Of a stretch of DNA of 52,597 nt, positions 17,281 to 26,797 are shown one piece after another. This DNA is from an uncultured Planctomycetaceae bacterium (GTDB lineage Bacteria; Planctomycetota; Planctomycetia; Pirellulales; Thermoguttaceae). Location of the stretch: contig CAZWWC010000001.1 in NCBI GenBank assembly GCA_964637625.1, positions 1,958 to 54,554 on the forward strand, read 5' to 3'. How positions within the stretch are numbered: the stretch's first letter is position 1; each line of letters begins with the position of its first letter. The notes beneath the pieces are model-generated. The model was not told where the DNA came from, ran no database searches, and was given only the letters and a program-made list of their open reading frames with translations. The position numbers were made by a program, and so were the translations under genes.

Positions 17281-18465
17281 GTGACCGTGAAGAACTCTCC
17301 CAGACGCGTCTCCATTATCTTTGGAACACGACCCGAGGCGATCAAACTTTGCCCGCTCGTGCTGGCGATGCGCGACCATCAGGGGTTCGAGCCGCATGTC
17401 TGCGTAACCGGTCAGCATCGAGAGCTGCTGGATCAGGTGCTCACCGTCTTCGGCGTCACGCCCGATGCAGACCTCAATCTGATGCAGCCGAACCAGACGC
17501 TTGCCGGACTGACCTCACGGGCCATCGCCGCGGTCGACGAGTATTTGGAGACAAGCCGCCCTGAGTTGGTGATCGTTCAAGGGGATACCACGACGGTCTT
17601 CTGTGCCGCTCTGTGTGCTTTCTATCGAAACATTCCCATCGGCCACGTGGAAGCGGGCCTGCGGACCTTCAATAAATGGTCTCCGTTTCCGGAGGAGATC
17701 AATCGTGTGCTGACCTCTCGCGTGGCCGATCTGCATTTCGCCCCGACGGAAACAGCCCGGCACAACCTCGTTCGCGAAGCGGTACCCCGCAAGAGGATTT
17801 TTGTCACGGGAAATACCGTGATCGATGCTTTGTTGTATGCCGTCGGTCGCATACGTGCGAATCCGCCGCTGGTGGACGGGTTACCCGACTTTCTTCAGCC
17901 TGATGGCAGCCGAAAGAACAACGAGCGTCCGCCCACCGTGTTGATAACAGGGCATCGCCGGGAGAATTTCGGAGACGGTTTTGAGAATATCTGTCGGGCA
18001 ATTGGGAGCCTGGCTGAGCGGTTTCCCGATACCCATTTCGTTTACCCTGTCCACTTGAATCCCAATGTCCGCGAGCCGGTTAACCGCTTGCTCGGGACGA
18101 CCACCCACGACACCGTCCATCTGATCGACCCACTCGCTTATCTGCCGTTTGTGGCAATGATGGACCGGGCGACCCTGATATTGACCGATTCGGGCGGCGT
18201 CCAGGAGGAAGCCCCAAGCCTCGGTAAGCCGGTGTTGGTTATGCGAGACACGACCGAGCGTCCCGAGGCGGTCGAGATGGGCACGGCCAAGCTGGTGGGC
18301 ACGGACATGGAATCGATTATCGCAGGCGTGACAACGCTCTTGACCGACAAGAAGGCCTACGCGACAATGGCCAACGCGGTCAATCCTTACGGCGATGGCA
18401 AGGCGTGCGATCGCATTCTAACCGCCTGCCGGCAGTTCCTGCGTGGATGCGGAGCGGGCAAATGA
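17281..18465 (+). CDS. wecB: UDP-N-acetylglucosamine 2-epimerase (non-hydrolysing)
   Basis: Family blocks are SIIFGTRPEAIKLCPL, VCVTGQHRELLDQVL, VIVQGDTTT, HVEAGLRT, PEEINR and TDSGGVQEEAPSLGKPVLVMRDTTERPE. The track start at 17116 is a TTG that would add ~55 non-homologous residues, so I place the start at GTG 17281. The start remains uncertain. Confidence 0.85.
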   Translation: MTVKNSPRRVSIIFGTRPEAIKLCPLVLAMRDHQGFEPHVCVTGQHRELLDQVLTVFGVTPDADLNLMQPNQTLAGLTSRAIAAVDEYLETSRPELVIVQGDTTTVFCAALCAFYRNIPIGHVEAGLRTFNKWSPFPEEINRVLTSRVADLHFAPTETARHNLVREAVPRKRIFVTGNTVIDALLYAVGRIRANPPLVDGLPDFLQPDGSRKNNERPPTVLITGHRRENFGDGFENICRAIGSLAERFPDTHFVYPVHLNPNVREPVNRLLGTTTHDTVHLIDPLAYLPFVAMMDRATLILTDSGGVQEEAPSLGKPVLVMRDTTERPEAVEMGTAKLVGTDMESIIAGVTTLLTDKKAYATMANAVNPYGDGKACDRILTACRQFLRGCGAGK

Positions 18466-19988
18466 ACGTCAAGTCCCTTGCATCCGCCTGTTGCCCTCCT
18501 TTCCTGCGTCCAGCGTTCGAGCACATCGAGAACTCGCCGCTTGCTTATCGGTTGGTGAAGGGTGCGTTTTGGTCGCTGGTGGGGGTAGGAATCTCGCGCG
18601 GGCTGATGTTTGTTGCGCTGGTGCTGGTGGCCCGGATCCTCGGTCCAAAGGTTTTTGGCGAGTTGGAGATCATCCGCAGCACGCTGGGGACATTTGGAGT
18701 CTTTGCCGGTTTCGGCCTTGGCACGATGGCCAATAAGTACATCGCCGAGTTTCGGGAGCGTGATCCGCAACAAGCAGGCCGCATTATGGGACTATGCGCG
18801 TTCATTGTCCTAGCCAGCAGTAGCCTGGTGGCAGGAACGCTGTTTTGGTGCGCTCCGTGGCTAGCCGAACACACGTTGGATGCGGCGCACCTTGGCGTCC
18901 TTCTTCGGGTTGGAACCATTATTCTGTTCCTCGACGCGGTTACGGGCGCTCAGATTGGTGCGTTGGCAGGCTTCGAGGCATTCAAGCGGATCGCCCAGGC
19001 AAACCTCCTGATGGGGCTCACCGCGTTCCCGTTGCTTTTTTGCGGTGCCCATTGGGGTGGCTTGACCGGTGTGGTTTGGGCCTTGGTTGGAGTCCGCATC
19101 GTCAATTGGATCCTGACTTTGTTGGCTCTTTGTCTCGAAGCGTCTCGATCGGGCGTGCCGCTGGTAGCGTCGGGTTTTTATCGAGAATGGAAGGTGCTCT
19201 GGCACTTCGGTTTACCATCGGCTCTGATCAGCATGATCAGCATTCCGTGCCACTGGATTGTCCGGGCGATGTTGGTCAACGAGCCGAATGGTTACGCGGC
19301 TCTGGGTCTTCTTGGAGGGGCGTTGGCGATTCAGCAGGTGGTGTTATTCTTGGGCATGACACTGAGTAGACCGCTGTTATCAATGATTTCCAATGTGGGC
19401 GTGCGGAACAGTGAGCGGCTAGATCGCGTGAATGTGCTTTCGTCGTGGGTTTTGGGCGTGGTTTGCGCCTTCCCCTTGCTGTGTTTTCCGGAATTGGCTG
19501 GCATCCTGTTTGGAAAGGACTATGCAGGTCCGGTTTTTCTGCAAACCTGCTCGATCATTGTTCTTACCACATGCATCACGATTTCCTGCCACGGCTTCAC
19601 GCGAGCCCTACTTGCCAAAAACATGGTGTGGTGGGCCTTTGGAGGTTTTCTGATTTTTGGGGTGACACTTGTCGGCAGCGGTTTCTTCCTTGTGCAACAC
19701 GGTGCCATGGGAGTGGCCACAACCATGTTGTTCGCGGATGTTTGTCAGGCCAGCTGCCTTTTTTTCGTTTGCGTTCGAAATAACCTGGTGCCTCGTGCCG
19801 TGGTGATGTCTTGGGAAGCGGGACTGATTTGGGCAGCGTTGTTCGCCGCAGGCGTCGCTGGTTATGCCTGCCCGGATTGGACGCATCAAGCCCTCGTCTT
19901 CCTCGCGGGGCTGGCCACGGTGGGGTTTGCCACGCATAGGATGTTGAAGATCGACGAACGGGCATATTCTTGTGAGCAGGCGTCATAA
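18462..19988 (+). CDS. Wzx-like oligosaccharide flippase (MOP superfamily polysaccharide biosynthesis protein)
   Basis: The ATG at 18462 overlaps the wecB stop (ATGA). The protein has about 12-14 hydrophobic spans. The N-terminus (LVKGAFWSLVGVGISRGLMFVALVLVARILGPKVFGELE) is typical of polysaccharide flippases. Confidence 0.75.
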   Translation: MNVKSLASACCPPFLRPAFEHIENSPLAYRLVKGAFWSLVGVGISRGLMFVALVLVARILGPKVFGELEIIRSTLGTFGVFAGFGLGTMANKYIAEFRERDPQQAGRIMGLCAFIVLASSSLVAGTLFWCAPWLAEHTLDAAHLGVLLRVGTIILFLDAVTGAQIGALAGFEAFKRIAQANLLMGLTAFPLLFCGAHWGGLTGVVWALVGVRIVNWILTLLALCLEASRSGVPLVASGFYREWKVLWHFGLPSALISMISIPCHWIVRAMLVNEPNGYAALGLLGGALAIQQVVLFLGMTLSRPLLSMISNVGVRNSERLDRVNVLSSWVLGVVCAFPLLCFPELAGILFGKDYAGPVFLQTCSIIVLTTCITISCHGFTRALLAKNMVWWAFGGFLIFGVTLVGSGFFLVQHGAMGVATTMLFADVCQASCLFFVCVRNNLVPRAVVMSWEAGLIWAALFAAGVAGYACPDWTHQALVFLAGLATVGFATHRMLKIDERAYSCEQAS

Positions 19989-20044
19989 TAGAATGGAGCG
20001 TTTCAGTTATCATTTCCTCCTGGACCAGAAATATTGAGCGACCA

Positions 20045-21481
20045 ATGCGTCAATTGCCTCGACTTCAACCTGACCCGGTCGGCAGATCCTCATGGTTCAA
20101 CGGGACTCTGTTGGCGGTGTGTTTCTTCAGTGTGTGTATCCTGAGTATCGAGACCGTGGTACCGTACTGCCACTGGGGTGTATGGGTGGTGTTGTTTCTG
20201 GTAGGTTGCCAGAGCCCCGTCTCCACCATTTTCTTGTTGTGTGTCACTCAGACAGTCGGCGCACCGCCGGGCTGCCCGTTGACGCTGACACAGCTGTTTA
20301 TTGTGACCTGGGTGGTCCGAAACACGCTATGGATCGTCGAAGGCAGGTTCATCACGGAGCTGCGCGTTTTTCTGCCGTTGTTCTTGCCCCTGTTTCTCTG
20401 GTCACTGATCACGGCAACGATGTTGACGACCACTACCTTTGTAACGCAACTGCTCCTGGGTGGATTCACCTCGATCATCGCGCTGAAGGAGATGCATGGC
20501 AAACGGGCATCGATTTTGGGAATTGCCGTGGGCATTTCACTGGCTGGAGTGATGGCGGCGTTGCCATTCTGGCTGTCGAAGATCGGCCTGAATTTCTTCT
20601 TGGCCGAAAGGCTGGAAAGGCTGATTCATATTGGTGTGATGCGAGGCGGCCTGGAACGTTTCGCGGGTGGCCAAGGTGACTACAACTTCCTGGGCGCGTG
20701 CATGGTCATCGGGATGGCCGGGTTGATCCACCTGGCGTTCTTCTCGATGACGGTGAGGACCACACGTCAGCGATTGGCGAAGTGGGGCTGTCAAGCCCTG
20801 GTGGTGATCATCATTCCCTCGGTGCTCGCGACGCTTTCCCGTGCTTCGGTTTTGGGCATCGCGGTGGGTTGCGTGGTCCCCTTTGGCGTCCACTATTTCT
20901 CGTGCCGTGGAAGGGGATTCGGCAAGGTTTTCCGCGACACCCTCCGTGGAATCATTCTTATGCTCGTCGTCGTGGGAGCCGTTATGCTCTTTGCGAGCCA
21001 GGACGTAAGTCGCTATTGGGAGGCCCTAATGCGGTTTCAAGCCAGCCGGCATTTGGGGATGCTGGACAATCGAGCAGCCCAGTTTTTCAGGGCGATTGAA
21101 GGAATCATGTCGAGTCCCATATTTGGTTGCTTCACCCCCAGGAACGTTTATGGCACCCATAATGTTTTCCTCGACGTCGCGAGTTACTGCGGAGTGCCAG
21201 GCCTGTGTCTCTTTTGCCTGTTCTGTTTTTGGCCAGTCGTCTACTTTATCCGATCCGGCGTCCCGCTCGAATGGGGAGTTTTCGGGAGCCTGTACTTGAT
21301 GACGCTCTACAGCATGCTGTCGTTGTCGATCATGGGGTTCAAGTTTTTCTGGGTACTTTGGGCGGTCGTTCTTTGGGGAGCCTACTCACGGGTGGCTGAC
21401 TCGTCCATGGTCACAGTAAGGCCGTTTATCAGAGTGAACAGGGGCAACCGACCGGGAGAACCGTCGCATATTCCGAGTTAG
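20045..21481 (+). CDS. O-antigen ligase/polymerase-like (Wzy_C family) membrane protein
   Basis: Polytopic membrane protein. The LATLSRASVLGIAVG and GTHNVFLDVASYCGVPG blocks resemble the Wzy_C/O-antigen ligase domain. It lies next to the flippase. Confidence 0.7.
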   Translation: MRQLPRLQPDPVGRSSWFNGTLLAVCFFSVCILSIETVVPYCHWGVWVVLFLVGCQSPVSTIFLLCVTQTVGAPPGCPLTLTQLFIVTWVVRNTLWIVEGRFITELRVFLPLFLPLFLWSLITATMLTTTTFVTQLLLGGFTSIIALKEMHGKRASILGIAVGISLAGVMAALPFWLSKIGLNFFLAERLERLIHIGVMRGGLERFAGGQGDYNFLGACMVIGMAGLIHLAFFSMTVRTTRQRLAKWGCQALVVIIIPSVLATLSRASVLGIAVGCVVPFGVHYFSCRGRGFGKVFRDTLRGIILMLVVVGAVMLFASQDVSRYWEALMRFQASRHLGMLDNRAAQFFRAIEGIMSSPIFGCFTPRNVYGTHNVFLDVASYCGVPGLCLFCLFCFWPVVYFIRSGVPLEWGVFGSLYLMTLYSMLSLSIMGFKFFWVLWAVVLWGAYSRVADSSMVTVRPFIRVNRGNRPGEPSHIPS

Positions 21482-21586
21482 CGCTGAACGTGATCCCTTA
21501 TGGAAACCGATCACCTGATTATGGAGGATGATTGGCCAGCAACAGCAAAATCAAAAATGAACCTCGAAGTACATGGAGAAGAATAG

Positions 21587-22765
21587 ATGCCAAAACCACT
21601 CCGATATGTGATCGTCTCTAGCGCGCCATTTGTTCGTGACGGAAATCGTTGTCTGGTTGCGTCCTGCGGTCAGAAGTCGTTGATGCAGTGGATAAGCTTC
21701 ATGGACGAGGTTATTCTATTGAGGCCCGAGGCAACGCATAGGAGCACGCGGCGGGATTTAGTAGCCCTGCCGGATCACGTGAAGGCGATACCTTTGCACG
21801 ACGGTTCAGGTTCGCCTTGGCGGAGGAAGGCATCGACCCAGCGTGTTGCCAGGCAAATATTGACGAAGGATCATATCCTGTACGTCAGGATGCCGAGCTA
21901 CGAAGGATACTGGTGTGCTCAAGTGGCCTGGGAAAAGGGCATTCCCGTTATGGCAGAGCTTCACGGTGATTGGGAGTCGGTAATCCTTTGTGAGGACAAG
22001 CGCGGGCTAGTAAGGACTCTTACGCGGCGTTTTCGTGCGACCTCGGCGAGGAAAGCGGTACAGACGATGTGTGATCGCGCCTTTTGTGTCGTAGCGATCG
22101 GGCCCAAATTGGCGGAGCAGTATGTTCCGAGCACCACGCCCACGCTGATCACGACAAATCACCTCCTTGAGGAACACGATTATCGGGAGCGCACCGTCTT
22201 CGCGTTACACGATCCTCCCAGGATTCTGTTCGTGGGCGGACTCGTAAGGCTGAAAGGACTACACATTCTGTTCGCGGCGTTGAGCAAGTTAAGACAGCGA
22301 GGCAACGACTTTGAGATGGTCCTGATCGGTCCGGGCCCTCAGCAATCGGAGTTGACGGCTTATGCGAAATCGCATGGATTTGGAGACAAGGTCGTGTTCC
22401 TTGGCCACGTGCCTCATGGGGAAGCGTTGTTCGAGCAATACAGGCAGGCGGATATGTTCGTGTTGCCGTCTATGACCGAAGGGGTTCCACGAGTCGTGCA
22501 TGAAGCCATGGCGATGGGATGTCCGGTGGTGGCCACGGACGTCGGCAGTGTGGCCTGGCAACTCCGCGACGGTGCCGGTATCATTGTCCGGCCAAACGAC
22601 GTCGACGGTTTGGCGGACGCGATGGCGAGCGTGTTGGACGATTCGGATCTGCGAAAGCGTCTTTCGGTTGCGGCGTATCAGCGGAGTCTGGAGCACACGC
22701 TGGAACGCCAGCAACAGGGTATTGAGGAGTTCACAAAACGTCATATCAGCTTGTTGGGCAGATGA
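21587..22765 (+). CDS. Glycosyltransferase, GT4 (group 1)
   Basis: GGAGAAG SD. The C-terminal GT-B motif includes EX7E: VLPSMTEGVPRVVHEAMAMGCPVVATDVGS. Confidence 0.8.
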   Translation: MPKPLRYVIVSSAPFVRDGNRCLVASCGQKSLMQWISFMDEVILLRPEATHRSTRRDLVALPDHVKAIPLHDGSGSPWRRKASTQRVARQILTKDHILYVRMPSYEGYWCAQVAWEKGIPVMAELHGDWESVILCEDKRGLVRTLTRRFRATSARKAVQTMCDRAFCVVAIGPKLAEQYVPSTTPTLITTNHLLEEHDYRERTVFALHDPPRILFVGGLVRLKGLHILFAALSKLRQRGNDFEMVLIGPGPQQSELTAYAKSHGFGDKVVFLGHVPHGEALFEQYRQADMFVLPSMTEGVPRVVHEAMAMGCPVVATDVGSVAWQLRDGAGIIVRPNDVDGLADAMASVLDDSDLRKRLSVAAYQRSLEHTLERQQQGIEEFTKRHISLLGR

Positions 22766-22831
22766 GCCCTTGCTGAATGAAGTGTTTTCCCCCGGGAAAC
22801 CTTTTGCGGGTTTGACTCGCGTGGATGTGAA

Positions 22832-23362
22832 ATGAACGCATTAGCCAAAGCGATCTACCTTGTGGGGCAACTCGCAAAAAAAATCCGCAGCCGAGTGCGG
22901 AATCAATACTACCGCCATTTGTTGAGGCATTTCGGGGAAGGTAGCCAGATTTGCGAGGGAGTGTTCATTACAACGCCGTGGAACGTCTCGATGGGCAAAG
23001 GGGTTCAGATTAACGGACGGGTTCATGTCCTAGCGCGCGAGGATGCTCCGGTCGACATCGGCGACGGTGTTGTCCTTTCGTACGAAGCCATGCTTCTCAC
23101 CGCCGGACTCGCTTATACCGGGAAAATCAAGAAAAGGGCACACCGTGCCCTTCCCATTGTGATTGAGAACGACGTTTGGATCGGGGCGCGAGCGATCATC
23201 CTGCCCGGCGTTCGCCTGGGCCGGAACGCCGTGGTGGCGGCAGGCAGTGTGGTTACGAAAGATGTCGCTCCTAACACCCTTGTTGCAGGCATACCGGCTA
23301 CCTTCAAAAAGATGATCCAAACCAGTTCAATCGTCGAGCAACAAACCAAGGCCGACCGATGA
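22832..23362 (+). CDS. Hexapeptide-repeat O-acetyltransferase (WbbJ/maltose-galactoside acetyltransferase-like)
   Basis: 176 aa, with NDVWIGARAIILPGVRLGRNAVVAAGSVVTKDVAPNTLVAGIPA, typical of sugar O-acetyltransferases. Confidence 0.8.
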   Translation: MNALAKAIYLVGQLAKKIRSRVRNQYYRHLLRHFGEGSQICEGVFITTPWNVSMGKGVQINGRVHVLAREDAPVDIGDGVVLSYEAMLLTAGLAYTGKIKKRAHRALPIVIENDVWIGARAIILPGVRLGRNAVVAAGSVVTKDVAPNTLVAGIPATFKKMIQTSSIVEQQTKADR

Positions 23363-23622
23363 CGAGTGACTCCCTTCACCCCTCGGGCCATGACAACACA
23401 CCAATGCAGAAGCCACCTGAGAATCTTCGCATTGTTTTCGTTCATGGAGGCTGCTATGTAACCGACACGGGTGTTGCCCGTTCGGTCAGCGGACTTGCCA
23501 ACGCGTTGGGACGCGCGGGCGAACGAATACATGTTTATACTTCCCAAAGTAGAAACATACCGATGGCAACTTATCTGTTCGAGCCGCCGGTGGAGTTGAC
23601 AGGCCTTCGACCAGCCATTTGA
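23359..23622 (+). pseudogene. N-terminal relic of a GT4 glycosyltransferase (87 codons)
   Basis: The start overlaps the acetyltransferase stop (ATGA), as expected for a once-coupled gene. LRIVFVHGG...GVARSVSGLANALGRAGERIHVYT is a typical GT4 N-terminal Rossmann start. The reading frame ends after 87 aa, directly before an AT-rich segment. Confidence 0.5.
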
Positions 23623-23780
23623 AAAATGACCCCCGGTCGCTCTGATCATATACTCATTGAATGGATTGAGAGAACGGGCATCGTCGATAGTCTGAACCTC
23701 TTTCGTTTCGCCGAATAACACGCACCGCCTCTTCCGTTGAGGCACTCTCCGCTTCACATAATTGATGTAATGAGAAGAAA

Positions 23781-24428
23781 ATGTCAGTCCGCATAAACAT
23801 AGGTTGTGGTCAAACACCAACAGATGGCTGGAATAACTATGATAATTCACCGAGCATTCGATTAGCCACAATTCCTCTATTGCCAAGGCTGATGAGGATC
23901 TTGAAGCTCCTTAACCAATCCCAGGAGAGGTACATTTCATTTGCCAAGAATGCACAAATCAGATGGGCAAATGCAAGCAAACATATTCCCGAGAAGGATG
24001 GATCCGTTGAGGTAGTCTACAGCAGCCACATGCTTGAGCACTTAGACGGGGAAGATGCCGTCAAGTTTCTCAAGGAGGCCCGCCGCGTCCTGAAAAGTGG
24101 GGGAATCATAAGAATTGCGGTTCCCGACATCAAGTATTGCGTGGAGAGCTATCTCAAGGATGGTGACGCAGACGCTTTCGTTGCATTAACCGGCTTAGGG
24201 AGGACAAGCTCACGATCAATCTTGGAAAGAATCAGGCATCTGGCCGTCGGCGATAGAAGTCACAAATGGATGTATGATGGACGTTCCTTGTGCAAGCTTT
24301 TGGAATCGGTCGGCTATCAGGAAGCAAGAGCCATGGAACAAGGCACCACCACCATCCCGGCAAGTGCGCCGCTGGATCTCGCGGAAAGGCCCGGAGAGAG
24401 CCTGTATGTAGAAGCGGTTAATCCATGA
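23781..24428 (+). CDS. Class I SAM-dependent methyltransferase (Methyltransf_11-like)
   Basis: INIGCGQTPTDGWNNYD (motif I-like) and VVYSSHMLEHLDGEDAVKFLKEARRVLKSGGIIRIAVPD. A hand count of the 60-nt line at 23821 gives 24/60 G+C, well below the flanking genes. Confidence 0.8.
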   Translation: MSVRINIGCGQTPTDGWNNYDNSPSIRLATIPLLPRLMRILKLLNQSQERYISFAKNAQIRWANASKHIPEKDGSVEVVYSSHMLEHLDGEDAVKFLKEARRVLKSGGIIRIAVPDIKYCVESYLKDGDADAFVALTGLGRTSSRSILERIRHLAVGDRSHKWMYDGRSLCKLLESVGYQEARAMEQGTTTIPASAPLDLAERPGESLYVEAVNP

Positions 24429-24646
24429 TCCTATATTCATGAGCTGATCCGGACGCCCTACGAACCTTCGCAGCGAGGGAAAACGCGAAGCGATCCGACG
24501 GGAGCAACTTCAGCAACTGTTGAACAAAATCACACACCGCAAGACCAAAACCCTGGTCACAGACGATCTGTTTCAAGAGTTGTGGCTTCATACTGCCGTC
24601 GGGAAACCGCTCCGTTTGACTACGAGTATATTGGGGGAGTATAGAC

Positions 24647-25735
24647 ATGCACAAGGTTCTCATCTGGATGAGCACGTCGAGCCATCATCAGACAGGGTTC
24701 TTCAACGCGTTACGCCAGAGCGGTCGCGTTGATCTTGGTGTTCGTTACGACCACCCGTTAAGCGAACGCCGCACGCTACTCGGCTGGCACGAAGTGGGCG
24801 ACCTTCCGGAAGGCGAACGGTACGTAGAAAAGCCGGTGGACCTGGAAGCAAGTGTTCCAGACTGGCGGGAGCGCATTCACGTTATTCCCGGCGCAAGGGC
24901 GCCGGTAGCAGGCGCGGTTTTGCGACAGATAATTCGCGCGGGCAGTCGTTGGGTTCACTGGAGCGAGTGCCGCCGGCACGGCTTGCGTCGGATTGCCGGC
25001 ATGCCGCGATGGATGCGGTACGCCCGACAAATCACGAGGACCGCTCTGGGGGCCTTTGCCATCGGGGACTTTGCGAGAAGCGACTTGCGGAAATTGGGGG
25101 TTCCCATCGAGCGAATAGCCTTCCTGCCCTATACCTGCGATGGCCTTGATCCGGCAGCACCATGCGACGAAACGATCAAGGATTTTGCGAACGGCAGAAG
25201 GCTTTTCCTGTTCTGTGGAGCGTTGTGCAAGAGAAAAGCGCCTGACGTTCTCTTGCGAAGCTACGCGGAGTTGCAGACGACCGACTGGGTGCTTGCCCTT
25301 GTGGGCCCTGACGTTTCCGGGGGAAAACACCGGCGCTTAGCCGAGACATTGGGCATTGCCGAACGTGTGCTCTTTCGAGGAACCATGCCCGCCGATAAGA
25401 TCGCCAACGTCATCCAGGCCGCGGATGTCATGATCCTGCCCTCTCGCGAGGACGGCTGGGGCGTCGTCCTGAACGAAGCGGCGTCGCTGGGCAGGGCACT
25501 GATCGCTTCCGATTGTGTCGGAGCCGGGCCGCACATGATCCGTTCCGGTGAAAACGGTTATATCGTTCGTGCGGCCGATCCGGGATCATTGGCCAACGCG
25601 ATGCGTGCTTACGTTAAAATGCCACAGCTTGCACAACAGCACGGAGCCGCCTCCTCACGGATCTTCGAGGCCTTCACGCCCCAGAGGAATGCGCAACGCT
25701 TCATTACAGCTCTGGAGGGGTGGTTGGGAATGTAG
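24647..25735 (+). CDS. Glycosyltransferase, GT4 (group 1)
   Basis: GGGGGAG SD sits 7 nt upstream of the ATG. C-terminal motif: MILPSREDGWGVVLNEAASLGRALIASDCVGAG (EX7E). Confidence 0.75.
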   Translation: MHKVLIWMSTSSHHQTGFFNALRQSGRVDLGVRYDHPLSERRTLLGWHEVGDLPEGERYVEKPVDLEASVPDWRERIHVIPGARAPVAGAVLRQIIRAGSRWVHWSECRRHGLRRIAGMPRWMRYARQITRTALGAFAIGDFARSDLRKLGVPIERIAFLPYTCDGLDPAAPCDETIKDFANGRRLFLFCGALCKRKAPDVLLRSYAELQTTDWVLALVGPDVSGGKHRRLAETLGIAERVLFRGTMPADKIANVIQAADVMILPSREDGWGVVLNEAASLGRALIASDCVGAGPHMIRSGENGYIVRAADPGSLANAMRAYVKMPQLAQQHGAASSRIFEAFTPQRNAQRFITALEGWLGM

Positions 25736-25965
25736 CACTCGCACTCTTGATGTATTCTTATGCAAAGAGCGTTGAAGATGTGTTTTGTCAGTACGGTGGG
25801 TAGCAGGGAGACTCCGTTGTGACCCCGCTCCTTCTGAGAATAGACCGACATCGGCAGTGCACGTTGGATGGCACTTTCGAACAGATAGTCGATGATCCAA
25901 ACCAGAGGATCTGCTCGATCGGGACCATACGGATTCACATCGACAAGAACAAGGGTGAGGTGAGT

Positions 25966-26661
25966 ATGGACATTCCGTTTGCGAGCACGGATGCCCTCTA
26001 TTGGAGTCTTCGGCGTGAGGAACTGCGTATCAGCAATGATCCCCGTTGCCTCGGGCAAGAAAACACCGCTGTGGATGATCGAAGCCTGTTCTCCATTCTC
26101 TAGTTTGGGGCCATTGTGCCTCCGCTGAGTCTATGGCGTGATATTGTTCGGTTTGTGCCTGGACAACGGTGGGTCGTGATGCAAGACAACCTGCAAATAC
26201 GGAGTTGCGGCCGTTTGGAGTCATGGCCGACAGGCACGGATACTGATTGGACACTTGGAGATGAAGATCAGCGAAAGGTGGTTCACCAGGTCCTTGATGA
26301 TAGCTTGGTGGAGGTGTGCCCGGAACGCAATCCGGTTTTGTTATTCAGCGGAGGTGTGGATTCAGGTCTGCTGGCTGCCCGTGTTGCGGCGCTCGGTTGG
26401 CGGGACGCCTTGCTCGTGAACTACAGTTTTGGAGATGCGGATCCGGAGTCCCACATGGCCGAAGCTATGGCGAAGCATTTGGGACTGCGGTTTAGGCGTG
26501 ATCATGGATTGTTGCCGGAGATTCACGAAGTATGTCCCAGCATCATCCACGTTCCATTCGTCGCCCCGCCGGTTGACTTGGAGGTTACGAGCCATGCAGA
26601 TGTAGGAATCCTCTGTTATAGCTATACTTCACTAGAGGGCATTTCAAAACGGTCATCCTGA
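25966..26661 (+). pseudogene. Asparagine-synthase-like (PP-loop amidotransferase) gene relic with an in-frame stop and 3' truncation
   Basis: The ATG at 25966 follows a GGTGAGG SD. An in-frame TAG lies at 26101-26103 and the same frame continues. It shows AsnB-like blocks FGAIVPPLSLWRDIVRFVPGQ and the PP-loop LLFSGGVDSGLLAA. Only ~95 aa follow the PP-loop where ~300 are expected. There is no N-terminal MCG glutaminase start. The frame then runs into repeat copy B. Confidence 0.55.
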
Positions 26662-26752
26662 GCGAAGCGAAGGATCTCCCCTCCGCGAAAGCCGAGATTC
26701 TTCGCTGCGCTCAGAATGACAACAATCAGAGCACCGGTTTTGAAATGTCCTC
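26635..26752. repeat. Nested-palindrome MITE-like repeat, copy B (subfamily 2)
   Basis: Outer arms are gagggcatttcaaaac and gttttgaaatgtcctc. Inner arms are gtcatcctgagcgaagcgaaggatctc and gagattcttcgctgcgctcagaatgac. It is the reverse complement of copy C with one mismatch in 118 nt (hand alignment). Confidence 0.9.
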
Positions 26753-26797
26753 TAAATAATCTGTTTTGTGCACCGAACAAGATTGAGGAAGTTGAAC

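Noticed and set aside
23113-23886. A 257-aa minus-strand ORF spanning the acetyltransferase 3' end, the glycosyltransferase stump and the methyltransferase 5' end.
   Set aside because: It crosses a compositional junction and three + strand features. It has no motif, and its length is explained by the AT-poor stop distribution on one side only.
26101-26103. The in-frame TAG in the AsnB-like frame, considered as programmed read-through or pyrrolysine.
   Set aside because: No pyl genes or recoding signals are visible. The gene is also truncated at both ends, so ordinary pseudogenisation is the more economical explanation. A sequencing error cannot be excluded.
26633-26754. A TA dinucleotide on both sides of repeat copy B, considered as a Tc1/IS630-type target-site duplication.
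   Set aside because: Copy C is flanked by AA/AA, and copies A and D show no matching dinucleotides. A 2-nt match is expected by chance too often.
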